Below, one piece after another: positions 39,501 to 49,845 of a stretch of 64,000 bases of DNA; positions within the stretch are counted from its first letter, which is position 1, and every line of letters starts with the position of its first letter. The DNA lies in contig OX597816.1 in the NCBI GenBank assembly GCA_951406725.2, positions 39,494,001-39,558,000 of the forward strand, written 5' to 3'. The translations under genes and the position numbers were made by a program. The notes under the pieces were generated by a model. That model made no database searches and was not told the origin of the DNA. It worked only from the letters and a program-made list of their open reading frames with translations. The DNA comes from Octopus vulgaris (Eukaryota).

Positions 39501-41774
39501 TCCGTTCCCTTCTGTCTAAGCCATACATGCATGGCAAACAGGCAAAGCAAATGAATGAATAAATAAAATGGGTAGGTGTGGCTGTGCTTTAGAAGCTTGC
39601 ATTATGTGGCTTCAAGTTCAGTCTCACCGTGCAGCACCTTGAGCAGTGCCTTCTACTACAGCTGTGGGCTGACCAATACCTTGTGTTTGGATTTGGTGGA
39701 AGCACTCTGTTGGTTATGACGACGAGGGCTCCGGTTGATCCGATCAACGGAACAGCCTGCTCGTGAAATTAACGTGTAAGTGGCTGAGCACTCCACAGAC
39801 ATGTGTACCCTTAATGTAGTTCTCGGGGATATTCAGCATGACACAGAGAGTGACAAGGCTGGCCCTTTGAAGTACAGGTACAACAGAAACAGGAAGTAAG
39901 AGTGAGAGAAAGTTGTGGTGAAAGAGTACAGCAGGGATCACCACCATCCCTGCCAGAGCCTTGTGGAGCTTTACGTGTTTTCGCTCAATAAACACTCACA
40001 ACGCCCGGTCTGGGAATCGACCGCGAGTCCGCTGCCCTAACCACTGGCCATTGCGCCTCCACCTTGGATTTGGTAGACAGCAATTGAAAGAAGCCTATTG
40101 AATATGTGTCTTTGTGTGTGTGTGTGCATACCTGTGTCTTGATGTTCTGTGATAGTTATAAATGGGCATCGCTGTCATACAAGCATTATCCTTCATTTCC
40201 AATCTTCCTTGGAAACATCTCTGGCTATGGGGTACTATTTGGAAACAGGTGAGGGTTAGCAACAGGAAGGGCATCTGGCCATAGAAAATCTGCCTCAAAA
40301 AAATCTGTCTAACTTATGCAAGCATGGAAAAGTGGATGTTAGATAATGATATTTTGTGTGTGTGTATATATGTGTGTGCTTGCATGTTTGTGTGTGTACC
40401 CATAACTTGACATCACATGATGGCTGAAACGAGCATTGCCATTATGCAAATGATGTTGTTTGTTTCCAATTTTTTGGTGAAAAACATGCCTGTCATGGGG
40501 GAAATATCTTGCTTAGAAACAGGTAAAGGTTGGAGACAGGAAGGGCATCTGGCCACAGAAAATCTGCCTCTGCAAATTCTGTCTGACCCATGCAAGGATG
40601 GATAAGTAGATGTTAAATGATGATGATGTTTTCAGAAACCCCTATCAGAGATAATATTGGTATCAAATTTTGGCACAAGGCCAGCAATTTTGGGGGAGGG
40701 TGCAAATCGGTTACATCAACTCCTATTCTCAACTGATACATATTTATCAACCCTTGAAAGGGTGAAAGACAAAGTTAGCCTGGTAGAATTTGAACTTAAA
40801 ACATAAAGATAGATAAAATGCTTATCAGAAATAATTATATACTCCACTATTTCTCATTTGTTATCTTTTTTTTTTTCTGTTTGTTTGTTTTTTAGAAAGT
40901 GGAGCGTAAGGAGAAACCAATGAAGCCATTTAAAATCCCTCAAGATTTGAAACAGGCTTTACCTTTTAAGAGTACCGAGAAGAATATTGCCCCCAGAAAG
41001 GTACCCTACAAGAGAGTTGCTGTTGTAAAAGATCCCAAAGAAGCTAAGGTAAGATATTACTCTTTTACTTGTTTCAGTCATTCGACTGTGGCCATGCTGG
41101 AGCACTGCCTTTAGTCGAGCAAATCAACCCCAGGACTTATGTTTTGTAAGCCTAGTACTTATTCTATCAGCCTCTTCTGCTGAACCGCTAAGTTACGGAG
41201 ACGTAAACACACCAGCATCGGTTGTCAAGCGATGTTGGGGGGACAAACACAGACACACAAGCATATACACACACATACATATATATATACATATATATAC
41301 GATGGGCTTCTTTCAGTTTCCATCTACCAAATCCACTCACAAGCCTTTGGTCGGCCTGAGGTGCCCAAGGTGCCACGCAGTGGGACTGAACCCAGAACCA
41401 TGTGGTTGGTAAGGAAGCTACTTACCACACAGCCACTCCTGCGCCTATATTCTGAATAATTTTAATTTTTTTTTTTGTTTTTTTTTTCAGAATAAAATTA
41501 AAGTGTTATATTTATAGTTAATAATTCTGTACTGTCTTTGTTTGTTCGTTAATAGGTTGCCAAATTGATGAAGATGTTTAGAGAGCTACACAAGCATAAA
41601 GAACGAGAGGAACGGATGAAGATGCGGGAGAGGGTCGACAAACACCGTGCAGTTCTTGCCAAAGAAGAGGAGAAGAAAGTTCAGCGATTGAAAGACATAA
41701 AGAAAGTTGTCTACCGCAGATTAGGAAAAATGGAAAAACAGAAAGAAGCTTTGGAAGAGAAAAAAATGAATTGA
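5340..41774 (+). CDS. BMS1: Ribosome biogenesis protein BMS1 homolog, 3' part (17 coding exons; 5' exons outside window)
   Basis: Spliced translation gives BMS1 motifs: [129 protein letters not shown]. All junctions are GT-AG and phase-consistent. Confidence 0.96.
5520..6108. mobile_element. piggyBac-type MITE interrupted by an RTE 3' fragment (5541-5901)
   Basis: TTAA-CCCTTTAGC..GCTGAAGGG-TTAA termini. Confidence 0.7.
6480..6996. mobile_element. pogo/Tigger-type MITE
   Basis: TIRs TACCTTAAATCCTCGTGTATAATCCGC / GCGGACTATACTCGAAGATTTACGGTA; a ~90-bp relative lies at 21404-21495. Confidence 0.7.
7180..7602 (+). mobile_element. SINE family B (family A-like head, RTE-like tail)
   Basis: Degenerate A/B boxes, then ..GGAAGAGCATCCAGCTGTAGAA..GTGGATGTTAAAAATGATGAT. 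Confidence 0.7.
7638..7986 (+). mobile_element. RTE LINE 3' UTR fragment
   Basis: Family consensus ending GGACGTTAAAC(GAT)n. Confidence 0.8.
8274..8352 (+). CDS. BMS1: BMS1 acidic exon ([26 protein letters not shown])
   Basis: ttttag acceptor, gtaaat donor; phase 2 start matches previous exon. Confidence 0.8.
10610..11026 (+). mobile_element. SINE family A
   Basis: Full head, microsatellite body and tail. Confidence 0.88.
11405..11619 (-). mobile_element. SINE family C
   Basis: GGCGGTGAGCTGGCAGAA head, GCCTTTCATC..CGAT central block, GTGGGTAGTAAAGAAATA tail; 19-bp TSD 11386-11404 / 11620-11638. Confidence 0.85.
11960..12007 (+). CDS. BMS1: BMS1 exon ([16 protein letters not shown])
   Basis: ttatag / gtaagg; 48 nt, phase 0-0; NLS-like PAAKKAK. 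Confidence 0.8.
12791..13143 (+). mobile_element. CR1-group LINE 3' fragment with (ATT)n tail
   Basis: [31 protein letters not shown] motif. Confidence 0.8.
14262..14463 (+). CDS. BMS1: BMS1 highly acidic exon
   Basis: ttttag / gtgagc; poly-D/E tract; phase 0-1. Confidence 0.85.
14604..14831. mobile_element. piggyBac-type MITE
   Basis: TTAA-CCCTTTAGCATTCA..CTAAAGGG-TTAA; relatives near 17.7-18.3, 33.4-33.6 and 48.7 kb. Confidence 0.75.
15779..16520 (-). mobile_element. RTE-clade LINE 3' end (ORF C-terminus, 3' UTR, (GAT)n tail)
   Basis: [30 protein letters not shown] is continuous with the dispersed GAT-tailed repeat. Confidence 0.88.
17353..17454 (+). CDS. BMS1: BMS1 exon ([34 protein letters not shown])
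   Basis: aacag / gtaagt; conserved WK..L and RKLIYG motifs. Confidence 0.93.
17893..18280 (+). mobile_element. SINE family A nested in a piggyBac-type MITE
   Basis: Full-length young copy; MITE sequence resumes after 18280. Confidence 0.9.
18733..19022 (+). mobile_element. RTE LINE 3' UTR fragment
   Basis: Family consensus; ends ~95 nt before a BMS1 acceptor. Confidence 0.8.
19118..19284 (+). CDS. BMS1: BMS1 exon (..[19 protein letters not shown])
   Basis: ctatag acceptor, weak gttatt donor; GGLF and DW motifs. Confidence 0.9.
20575..20775 (+). mobile_element. 5' part of non-autonomous Helitron-type element
   Basis: Near-identical to the 5' part of 55642-56016. Confidence 0.6.
21696..21777 (+). 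CDS. BMS1: BMS1 exon ([27 protein letters not shown])
   Basis: tttcag / gtaagt; IRDCF.TG motif. Confidence 0.93.
23908..24077 (-). mobile_element. Family H1 copy with hammerhead motif at 23998-24034
   Basis: Reverse complement reads CTTT-CTGTAGA-A-GAGC(GTAG)GCTC-GAAACGTA-AAAG; flanked by (TA)n. Confidence 0.65.
24398..24499 (+). CDS. BMS1: BMS1 exon ([13 protein letters not shown]..)
   Basis: ttacag / gtaatg; GDFEDLETG motif. Confidence 0.95.
24788..25137 (+). mobile_element. RTE LINE 3' UTR fragment with a 17-bp tandem expansion
   Basis: GGCCGTTGCCAGCCTCG repeated ~5 times at 24788-24872, then family consensus. Confidence 0.82.
25193..25329 (+). CDS. BMS1: BMS1 exon (..[20 protein letters not shown])
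   Basis: tttcag / gtaagg; KLKEMFD motif. Confidence 0.93.
25391..25800. repeat. 21-bp minisatellite
   Basis: Unit TACTCCAGTAATACTGTTCTG, degenerating rightwards. Confidence 0.9.
26489..26677 (+). CDS. BMS1: BMS1 exon ([31 protein letters not shown])
   Basis: ttgtag / gtaagt; start of the BMS1/TSR1 C-terminal domain. Confidence 0.96.
26797..27125 (-). mobile_element. RTE LINE 3' UTR fragment
   Basis: (CAT)n then reverse complement of family consensus. Confidence 0.82.
27746..27926 (+). CDS. BMS1: BMS1 exon ([36 protein letters not shown])
   Basis: atttag / gtaagt; highly conserved motifs. Confidence 0.97.
28483..28541 (+). CDS. BMS1: BMS1 exon ([20 protein letters not shown])
   Basis: tttcag / gtaagt; phase 1-0. 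Confidence 0.95.
28912..29028 (-). mobile_element. 5'-truncated SINE family C
   Basis: TSD AAACACACCACC 28900-28911 / 29029-29040. Confidence 0.8.
29591..29713 (+). CDS. BMS1: BMS1 exon ([32 protein letters not shown])
   Basis: tttcag / gtttga; conserved motifs. Confidence 0.96.
32254..32401 (+). CDS. BMS1: BMS1 exon ([33 protein letters not shown])
   Basis: atgcag / gtttgt; conserved motifs. Confidence 0.96.
35254..35429 (+). CDS. BMS1: BMS1 exon ([27 protein letters not shown])
   Basis: tttcag / gtaaga; conserved motifs. Confidence 0.96.
38100..38410 (+). mobile_element. RTE LINE 3' end (SR2-like)
   Basis: [41 protein letters not shown]. Confidence 0.65.
38855..39229 (-). mobile_element. 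SINE family A
   Basis: Reverse complement of consensus. Confidence 0.85.
39698..40063 (-). mobile_element. tRNA-derived SINE family D nested in SINE B
   Basis: GGAGGCGCAATGGCC..TGGTTAGGGC head; TSD TTGGATTTGGT 39687-39697 / 40064-40074. Confidence 0.85.
40896..41048 (+). CDS. BMS1: BMS1 exon ([32 protein letters not shown])
   Basis: ttttag / gtaaga; IP..L..ALPF motif. Confidence 0.94.
41058..41448 (-). mobile_element. SINE family A filling most of the last BMS1 intron
   Basis: Reverse complement of consensus; begins ~10 nt after the donor. Confidence 0.88.
41556..41774 (+). CDS. BMS1: BMS1 last coding exon, basic helical C-terminus, TGA stop
   Basis: aatag acceptor; [25 protein letters not shown]. 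Confidence 0.92.
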   Translation, partial: VAKLMKMFRELHKHKEREERMKMRERVDKHRAVLAKEEEKKVQRLKDIKKVVYRRLGKMEKQKEALEEKKMN

Positions 41775-42012
41775 AGGAAAGTGTGTGTGTGTGTGCGCGA
41801 GAGAGAGAGAGAGAGAGAGAGAAAGTGTATGAAAGTGGGATCAGGTGGGGAGATAGTCACTTGTTGCAAAAAATGTCCAGAATAATGGCAGTGGTGTTTG
41901 TTTGTCTTTGTACAAGAGAACTAAAGGAAATGTCTGTTCTGCTATCAGCAGTGGAACTGAATGCAATGGTTCAATGACTCCATATATGTGTCATTACATT
42001 GGTTTTTATCAC

Positions 42013-42029
42013 TGTACAGGTTCAATAAA
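42013..42029 (+). terminator. Probable BMS1 polyadenylation signal
   Basis: TGTA at 42013 and AATAAA at 42024-42029, ~250 nt after the stop, followed by T-rich sequence. Confidence 0.6.
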
Positions 42030-42699
42030 AAAAAAAATATGAAGAATTATATTTATTTTGCAATTAAATGCTTCCATTGTATTTCTTTCATAAGGAAATG
42101 GAATGAAAAGAAGAGAAAGAATGGCTGTAAATAATGAGAAAGATAATTTGTCTAAAGATAACTTATCTTGTGGTTAAAAATAAATGCTTAACAATATAAT
42201 GCTTGTCAAATCCGAATGCTCCATTCTCTCATTATGATTTTCCCACCTCTTCTACTTCTCTACTCCATTTAGTCTTTTTTCCTATCAATTGAACATCACT
42301 TTATTCTGGTGCTTTTTTCATTATTATATATTTTTTTTTTGTTAGTCTATCTGAGGTAAATTTTATTGGGACAAATAACACTGTGTAATATGATTTTTGT
42401 CCTTGGGTAGCAGCTCTTTTACTCCTTTACTTGTTTCAGTCATTTGACTGCGGCCATGCTTCAGCACTGCCTTTAGTCGAGCAAATCAACCCCAAGACTT
42501 ATTCTTTGTAAGCCTAGTACTTATTCTATCGGTATCTTTTGCCCAAACTGCTAAGTTACAAGAATGCAATCACACCAACATCGGTTGTCAAAGTGATGGT
42601 GAGGGGACAAACACACACACACGCAACGGGCTTCTTTCAGTTTCCATCTATCACATCCACTCATAAGGCTTTGGTCAGCCTAAGGCTGACGTAAGTTTT

Positions 42700-43385
42700 G
42701 TAACAGGAAGAAACATTGCTTACAAAATGATAGCTGATCGTTTGCGAAGAAGCGTGTCTACAGTCAACACGTAGGTCTTTTGCTCTGGTAACCTCTGCTC
42801 TCTGCCATGTTCACGCACGACCAACTATATATTGCTATGAGTAGAGCAATGGATTCAGCTAATTTGGAAATTCGTGGAGAAATGGAGAATATCGTTTATA
42901 TTGTGTGTATATATATATATATATACACGGGCAACACACACACACATTGCATGTATGTGTTTTGTACGCATACATGCTCGTGTGTGTGTGTGTGTGTGTG
43001 TGTGACTGAAGCCATTCACACATACATAACAACCCGTCTGTCAATCACTCACTAAAAATAAATTTTAAAAATCTGTTATCTCTCTCTTTCCCTCTCCCTC
43101 CGTCTCTTTACACCGTCGCTAGAAGGGGACTTAATTCATGTTTGGTTTGTAAACAATGGTGAATTTCTCCACCGTGAAAATCCTTAGATGTTATGGCTCA
43201 AAATTATTTATCCCTATTCGCGGGTGCCTCGGGGGAAAATAATTTGACAAAAATACAGCTAGGGTCATGCTGAATGTCCTAAAATTTGAGCGACATGCGT
43301 GCTAATTTGTGGATGTGCATAAACTGCATTCACGTACACACACATACACACACGCACACACATCCTGCCTTATATATATACAGAT
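42700..43385. mobile_element. Helitron remnant (PIF1 helicase C-terminal fragment plus Helitron-type end)
   Basis: FTHDQLYIAMSRA..ENIVY resembles Helitron helicase FSHGQLYVALSR..NIVY; minus strand starts ATCTGTATATATATAAGGCAGG. Confidence 0.55.
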
Positions 43386-43664
43386 AACAATATTTCAGCT
43401 TCAACTCGGTGCTAAATCTGTTTGATATATATAATGGAAAACAGATCAGTTTCAAAACATTGACATCCAGGTTACAAAAGCAAAGTTTGAAAGGAATATT
43501 TGTCATTTCCTTTTTGCTTTCTAAATAGAAGCAAATAGGAAATAACACTTACTGATCAAAGACAAGGAAAAAAAAAGAATTTGGTACACTGTAATTTTTA
43601 TATATATATACCCTTCTAACTGGTAATTTAAGAAGGTATCAAACTTGTCTGACAAATTGAGTAC

Positions 43665-44016
43665 GAACCACATGGTTCTGGGTTCAGTCCCACTGCATGA
43701 CACCTTGGGCAAGTGTCTTCTATATCCTTGGGCCGACCAAAGCTTTGTGAGTGGATTTGGTACATGGAAACTGAAAGAAGCCCATCGTATATATGTATAT
43801 GTATGTGTGTGTATAAGTTTGTGTGTCTGTGTTTGTGCCCCCAACATCGCTTGATAACTGATGCTGGTGTGTTTATGTCCCTGTAACTTAGCGATTCGGC
43901 AAAAGTAACTGATAGAATAAGTACTAGGCTTCCAAGAATAAGTCCTGGGGTCGATTTGCTCGACTAAAGGCGGTGCTCCAGCATGGCCACAGTCAAATGA
44001 CTGGAACAAGTAAAAG
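43665..44016 (+). mobile_element. SINE family A (head clipped)
   Basis: Consensus match. Confidence 0.85.
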
Positions 44017-44466
44017 ACTAACCATTGTGTCTCAAGTGTAATTTGTCTTTTCTAGTCTCCAGTTATAATCTTTGATTTGTCAAATTGCTGATATATGTCA
44101 GTTGCACTCCCAATAGAAGTGCCCCTGTTTTTCAATGATGGGGTGGGATTTGAATTGAGGATGCACAGAGGTGGAACAAAGGCCACAAAGCATCTTGTTT
44201 GCACTTTGATAGTCCTACCAATTCATCGCTCTGGACTGGTACATATTTTTGTTGACATTGAAAGGAAGAAGTTTATTTCTCAATACATAGTTCTGGGTTC
44301 AGTCCCGCATTGTGGCAACTTGGGCAAGTGTCATAATACATATATTCAAGACATAACACGATTTACAGAATATATTTATATTGAACTCATATATTTTCAT
44401 GAACTTACAACTTCGTGGAATTATTAACGTTCAAAACACGCAGAAGCCCCATAAATGATAAAATAA

Positions 44467-44865
44467 GGAGAGGCTGTGTGGTAAGTAGCTTGTTTACCAA
44501 CCACATGGTTCCGGGTTCAGTCCCACTGCATGGCACCTTGGGTAAGTGTCTTCTACTATAGCCTCGGGCCGACCAAAGCCTTGTGTGTGGATTTGGTAGA
44601 CGGAAACTGAAAGAAGCCCGTCGTATATATGTATATATATATATATATATATGCGTGTGTGTTTGTGTGTCTGTGTTTGTCCCCCTAGCATTGCTTGACA
44701 ACCGATGCTGGTGTGTTTATGTCCCCGTTACTTAGCGGTTCGGCAAAAGAGACCGATAGAATAAGTACTAGGCTTACAAAAAGAATGAGTCCCGGGGTCG
44801 AGTTGCTCGATTAAAGGCGGTGCTCCAGCATGGCCGCAGTCAAATGACTGTAACAAGTAAAAGAG
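44467..44865 (+). mobile_element. SINE family A
   Basis: Consensus match. Confidence 0.88.
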
Positions 44866-45246
44866 AGACATATATCACGAAATGCATGCATGTTACACAC
44901 ACACACACACAAATGGATATACAAGAACGTTCTCGTATAATAATAACTTATGTCGAACGAAATTTCTTGCAAAATCCAGGGCCAATGTAAAGGAACTAAC
45001 AATTAAGAGATTCCTAAAAGCTACTTCCACTCATCTGTGTATTCATTTTGAAGTCTTGCAGAGTCTCGTGTAATCTCTTGTAACCTCATCTAAAATGGAG
45101 GCAATTATCAACATTTTTATGAGGATTGTTTGAAGATTGTGAAAGCTCTTTCCACATGAAACCATCGGTAACGTTGTTAATCTACAAATAAAAAGCATAT
45201 CTATCTACCTGCCTACATATCTACAGGCATATATACATACAGACGC

Positions 45247-45293
<47 letters not shown>

Positions 45294-45358
45294 CACACAC
45301 ACAGGGTAACCCAAAAGTCACTGGGGTTTTAATTTTTAATAACGCCCTTATTTTTTTT

Positions 45359-47358
45359 TGTGTCGATGCCCCCAGACGATGAAGTAGGCTAGCCCAATAC
45401 GTAGATATAGAGGGAGAAGTCTGGACGTCGAGGAGTTGAGTAGAGGTCATCGGAACGTGCGATATGACAGTGGCGACGAGGATTTCGTTGCTCACAGCCA
45501 CTAGTATTGCGATATAACAGTGGCGACGAGGTTTCGAATAGTACCGAAATGGAAGAGTTACTGAAAGCAGTTGTAAAACAACAAGAGCAGCAGCAACTAC
45601 AGAAGTTAACAGAATTGTTACTGCAGTCGAGAAATACGACAGAATCATTTGCAGTGCAGCAGATGGTGGTGCAAATTCCTTCGAAGAATTTCACTACAAT
45701 CCGGATGAAGGAACTACTTTTGCTGCATATTACAGACGATACGAAGACATTTTCCGAGAGGAATGCAAGGGATAGTCTAGTGAAAGGAAGTTAAGGCTCC
45801 TTTTGCCAAAGCTTGCTCCTCCGGAACACGAAAGTTTTTATAACTTCTATTTTGCCGAGAAAGCCCGCGGAATTGTGTTTTGATAAAACGATAAATATTT
45901 TGACTAATATTTTTAGCGAGAAAAGTTCGTAGTTTAACATTCGATGGGAATGTTTAAATTTAAAGAAAAACGAGTCCTATGATTTTGTAACATATGCCGG
46001 TATGGTTAATAAGGCTTGCGAAAGGTTTAAGCTGGAAGAATTAACGCCAGATATGTTCAAGTGACTAATATTCGTTAAAGGGCTAGTGGCAACGGAAGAC
46101 GCGGAAATTAGAAAAAAAAAAAGAATACTATCAAAGTTGAATCAAGATGTGAAACTCACTTTGCAGAAAGTGGCTGAGGAATGCCAACAAATAATAAACC
46201 TTCGAGATGATACAAGAAAGATAAAAGACAAGAATAATAATGTACAAATGTGTAAAGAAAGTACAGAAAGAAGGAAAAATTTGAATTCAAAACGGCGCTA
46301 TGGCAGCAAAGGCGTCCCCAGTGCAGATTCAGCCGTGGCCCAAAACGGATTCGGCATGGTCTAGACTACATATGAATTTCGCAGGACCAATAAATGGCTC
46401 TCATTATATCATTGTGGTGGATAGCTATTCCAAATGGCTTGAAGTGTGTAAATGTTCAAGGCCAACCACAAGTGTGACTATTGACTTCTTGGAAGATCTG
46501 TTCGCTCGCTATGGAGTGCCAGATACGATCGTGTCAGATAATGGTACACAATTCACGGCGAAGGAGTTCGAAAGATTCTGTAAGTCGGTTGAGATGAAGC
46601 ATGTGTTAACTCTGTCATACCATCCAAGGTCAAATGGGTTAGCGGAAAGATTCGCCGACACATTCAAGAGAGCTTTAAGAAAGACCAGACGGGAAACCCT
46701 TGAAGATACAAATATGACAAAGTTTTTGCAGGTGTATAGAATAACACCGAATCCAAATGCAGAGTCGGGTAGGTCACCCGCAGATTTGATGTTATCCAGA
46801 AAAATTCGTTCTAGTTTTGACAAATGGTTGCCGAGCAGGAAACAGAAAATAGAAAATTCGTGGGGAGGGGAACGAAAATTTTTAACACAGGTGACAAAGT
46901 GTATTTTAAAATATATAGTAACGGAAAACAGGACTGGGAATAAGGAAGTACAACTGGACGTCTGGGTAACGTGATGTACATGGTAAAAGGACCAAAATAT
47001 GAACACAGAAGGCATTTTAAACCAATTTTAAAAAAAGATATACAAAAAAAAAACAAGAGAGGCGAGAAGAACCAATGGATTTATGGTATGATTTGTTCGA
47101 GGTCCCAGAACCACAAGCAAAAGCAGAACCGAAATGTAGGTCGAACAAGAAGAGAAAACCTACAGAAATGATGGAAATTAATACTAAGAGAAAAATATAT
47201 GCCAGTTTCTCACCGAGGAAATAAAATTGATAAATTCAGGTTTTAAAAACCTAAAAAGGGGAAGGCGTTGTGTCGACGCCCCCAGATGATGAAGTAGGCT
47301 AGCTCAATTCGTAGATATAGAGGGAGAAGTCTTGGCATATATAACGTGCGATATAACA
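45359..47358 (+). mobile_element. Internally deleted Ty3/Gypsy (Mag-like) LTR retrotransposon
   Basis: Short LTRs 45359-45469 and 47269-47358, PBS-like TGGCGACGAG, PPT AAAAAGGGGAAGG, frameshifted gag from 45549, integrase core. Confidence 0.88.
46300..46974 (+). pseudogene. Gypsy integrase core (rve) ORF
   Basis: IIVVDSYSKW / IVSDNGTQF / HPRSNGLAERF D,D,E motifs. Confidence 0.85.
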
Positions 47359-48914
47359 TTTTATAAATAGGTGTATGAAATTTTAATTCAATATAGAGGA
47401 GATAAAGGAAATTAATTCGTATTTGTTCCTTTTCATCATACCGCTGTAATACGTATGAAAAATGACATCTTTTAAATGACATCCATCCGTGTCCTCTCCA
47501 AATTATGTTCCATGACAGCTGAAAGGGTTTCAGGTCCAGTTCCTGATTTCTCTAGTGATATTCTCCTTCAATTGCTGCAGGGTTTCTGGTTTGTTGACAT
47601 AAACCTTCTACTTGAGGTACCCTCACAAGAAGATGTCAGGGCTGTTCAAGTTTGGGGAACGCGATGGCCAGTTGACATCGCAGTAGGGAGAGATGAGTCT
47701 TTCTCCAAAACATTGCCTCAGCAACTGTATTGTCTATCTTGCGGTATGAGAAGTTGCCCCATCTTGCCGGAACCACATATCGGACATATTTTGAATAGCC
47801 GGGCGCAAAAAGTCCTCAATCATGAACCTGTACCGCTCCGTCTGGACTGCCTTCGTGTCAACATGCCCAGATTCTGTTCAACACTCTCTTGCACTTGTTT
47901 CCTTGCATCATCGGTTGTGACAATGTGAGGTCTCCCACATCGTGGGAGATCACTTACTGCCCCTTGTTTTTCAAAACGACGAACTAAGTTCCTAATTGTG
48001 TTTTCACTTGGGGCATCCCTCACTTGAAAGTGCCGACAACATGCTCTCTGGGTTTGAATAATTGACTCCTGATTTTGATTGAACAATTTCACCAATTGGG
48101 TTCGTTGTGCGATGCCGTATTTTTCCATAATTAATTTCCAAGGACTTAGTCCATAAAATTCCCGAAAAGAAAAAGGTAAAAACAAATCAACAATAACAAC
48201 CCCTCAATGGGTCACCCTGTACATATATATATAAAACACAAGCACACATACACTCATACACAAACTATGGATGCCTTAGAAGCTCTGCAATCCGATCCTT
48301 TGTGACGATCACGCTCTCACCTATATACTGTGCTATGTTGGTCATGCAACGAAGTTTGACAATAGACCACTTTGTATTCAACTCTCCGCTTGCACCTCCA
48401 TTCTGTATCCATTTCACTGAACCATACTTTATTCTGTACTGCTAGTCCTCATCCACTTCGCAGACCACTCGTTGTTGACAACAATCTCTCTTTTCTCTTG
48501 CCATTGTTCATTGCCATTACTATCCCCACTCTCTTTTTTATTCTCTTATTCCCTTTCTTTTATTCATTCTAGTTTTCCTTCTGTCGTGGCTCTATCAGCT
48601 ATCTAGCTTCTAGGTTACGTTGCTCTGCATGGACGGCGAGGGTATATAGATAGTGAGGATTCTTTTACCCTTTAGCATTCAAACTGGCCATATCAAGCCC
48701 AAATATTCTACCTATTTTGTGTTCAAACTGACCAGATCAAACCTTTCACAACTACCCTGCAGTGTCATTCTAAAAGTAAACAATAACATCTTTGAAATCT
48801 GAAAGCTATGAAATAATGCATGATTAATTCAAAACAATTTGAATGAATGAACGTCACATGTGATGCTATGTCATATTAGTGCTATGATAAATGCAGACAG
48901 TACTCTCTGGAAGT

Positions 48915-49060
48915 CTACCACCAGGTCCTGTCCTTGTTGCGGTGTGTCACTTGTGTGGTTCAATGACACTGAGAGATATGATAGCGGAGAGCAAGCTCCT
49001 CGTAGGATCCCTCCCCTATGCTAGACAGGTCAAAGGATAGAGACCAGTTTAAAATGGACG
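48915..49060 (+). mobile_element. Possible RTE-clade 5' UTR remnant
   Basis: CCTTGTTGCGGTG..TTGTGTGGTTCAATGA..GACAGGTCAAAGGATAGAGACCAG resembles RTE/Expander 5' ends (from memory). Confidence 0.35.
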
Positions 49061-49794
49061 ACCTTTTAGGAAGTGGACTAGCGTGGCTCTGGCCTTGGTA
49101 ACATTATAATTTCCTGGTTCCAAATGAGTTAGGTATAGCAGCGGAAAGAACTACGGGGACAAGAGTTGTAATTGACTGTCACATTTTATTCAAACGCCTA
49201 AATGAAAGTACAACAAAAGATGATTCGTCTTGAACGATTTTGTCAGAAAATATGCATATTGGTTTCTCATGTAGCAGGAACTTGACGGAACACAACAGCG
49301 CGTCAAAGCTCTCTGCAAAATAACTCTCCTCTCTCCATACCGAGATTCGAACTCGACCAACACACTGAAAAATAACGGGGAAGATTCTTCTTTTTAAAGC
49401 TGATTATAGGTTCCAGCAAACAAGCATAATTTTCCTTCGCTAGGTTGGTCTGTCACACGATGGAATTGAATAACCTGCGTAAAGCCAGAAAAACTCGATC
49501 ATCACGTGACCAGGTCATGTGACCACATGTGGAAAACTCAGCGTATGAGCCGATATCAGGGTATTTAAAACTAAGTGACCGAATGATAAACATACTTCTG
49601 CTACAACCTTTTCCAAGAAGTAGGGATATTGCATAGGTCCAACGTCCCTACGGAGAAAAAGAGCAAAGTTACAGAAGCATCGATGGCAATTCAAAACCAA
49701 GACGTGAGAGAGAAAAAAAATCCCAGTCCAAAGTCGAGAACAGGGAACAAAAGTAATCGATGGTCTATAGATTTCTCTATAGAGAGTGAAGGAC

Positions 49795-49845
<51 letters not shown>

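Larger units (their letters stand above)
45302..48219 (-). mobile_element. IS630-Tc1-mariner DNA transposon relic (rosa/DD41D-like), interrupted by a Gypsy element
   Basis: TIRs CAGGGTAACCCA / TGGGTCACCCTG(TA); minus-strand HTH (..APSENTIRNLVRRFEKQGAVSDLPRCGRP), MWFRQDGATSHTA, WPSRSP.L; internally deleted. Confidence 0.8.

Noticed and set aside
46509-47015. 168-aa minus-strand ORF, and 150-aa plus-strand ORF at 47476-47928
   Set aside because: Antisense shadows of the integrase and transposase relics
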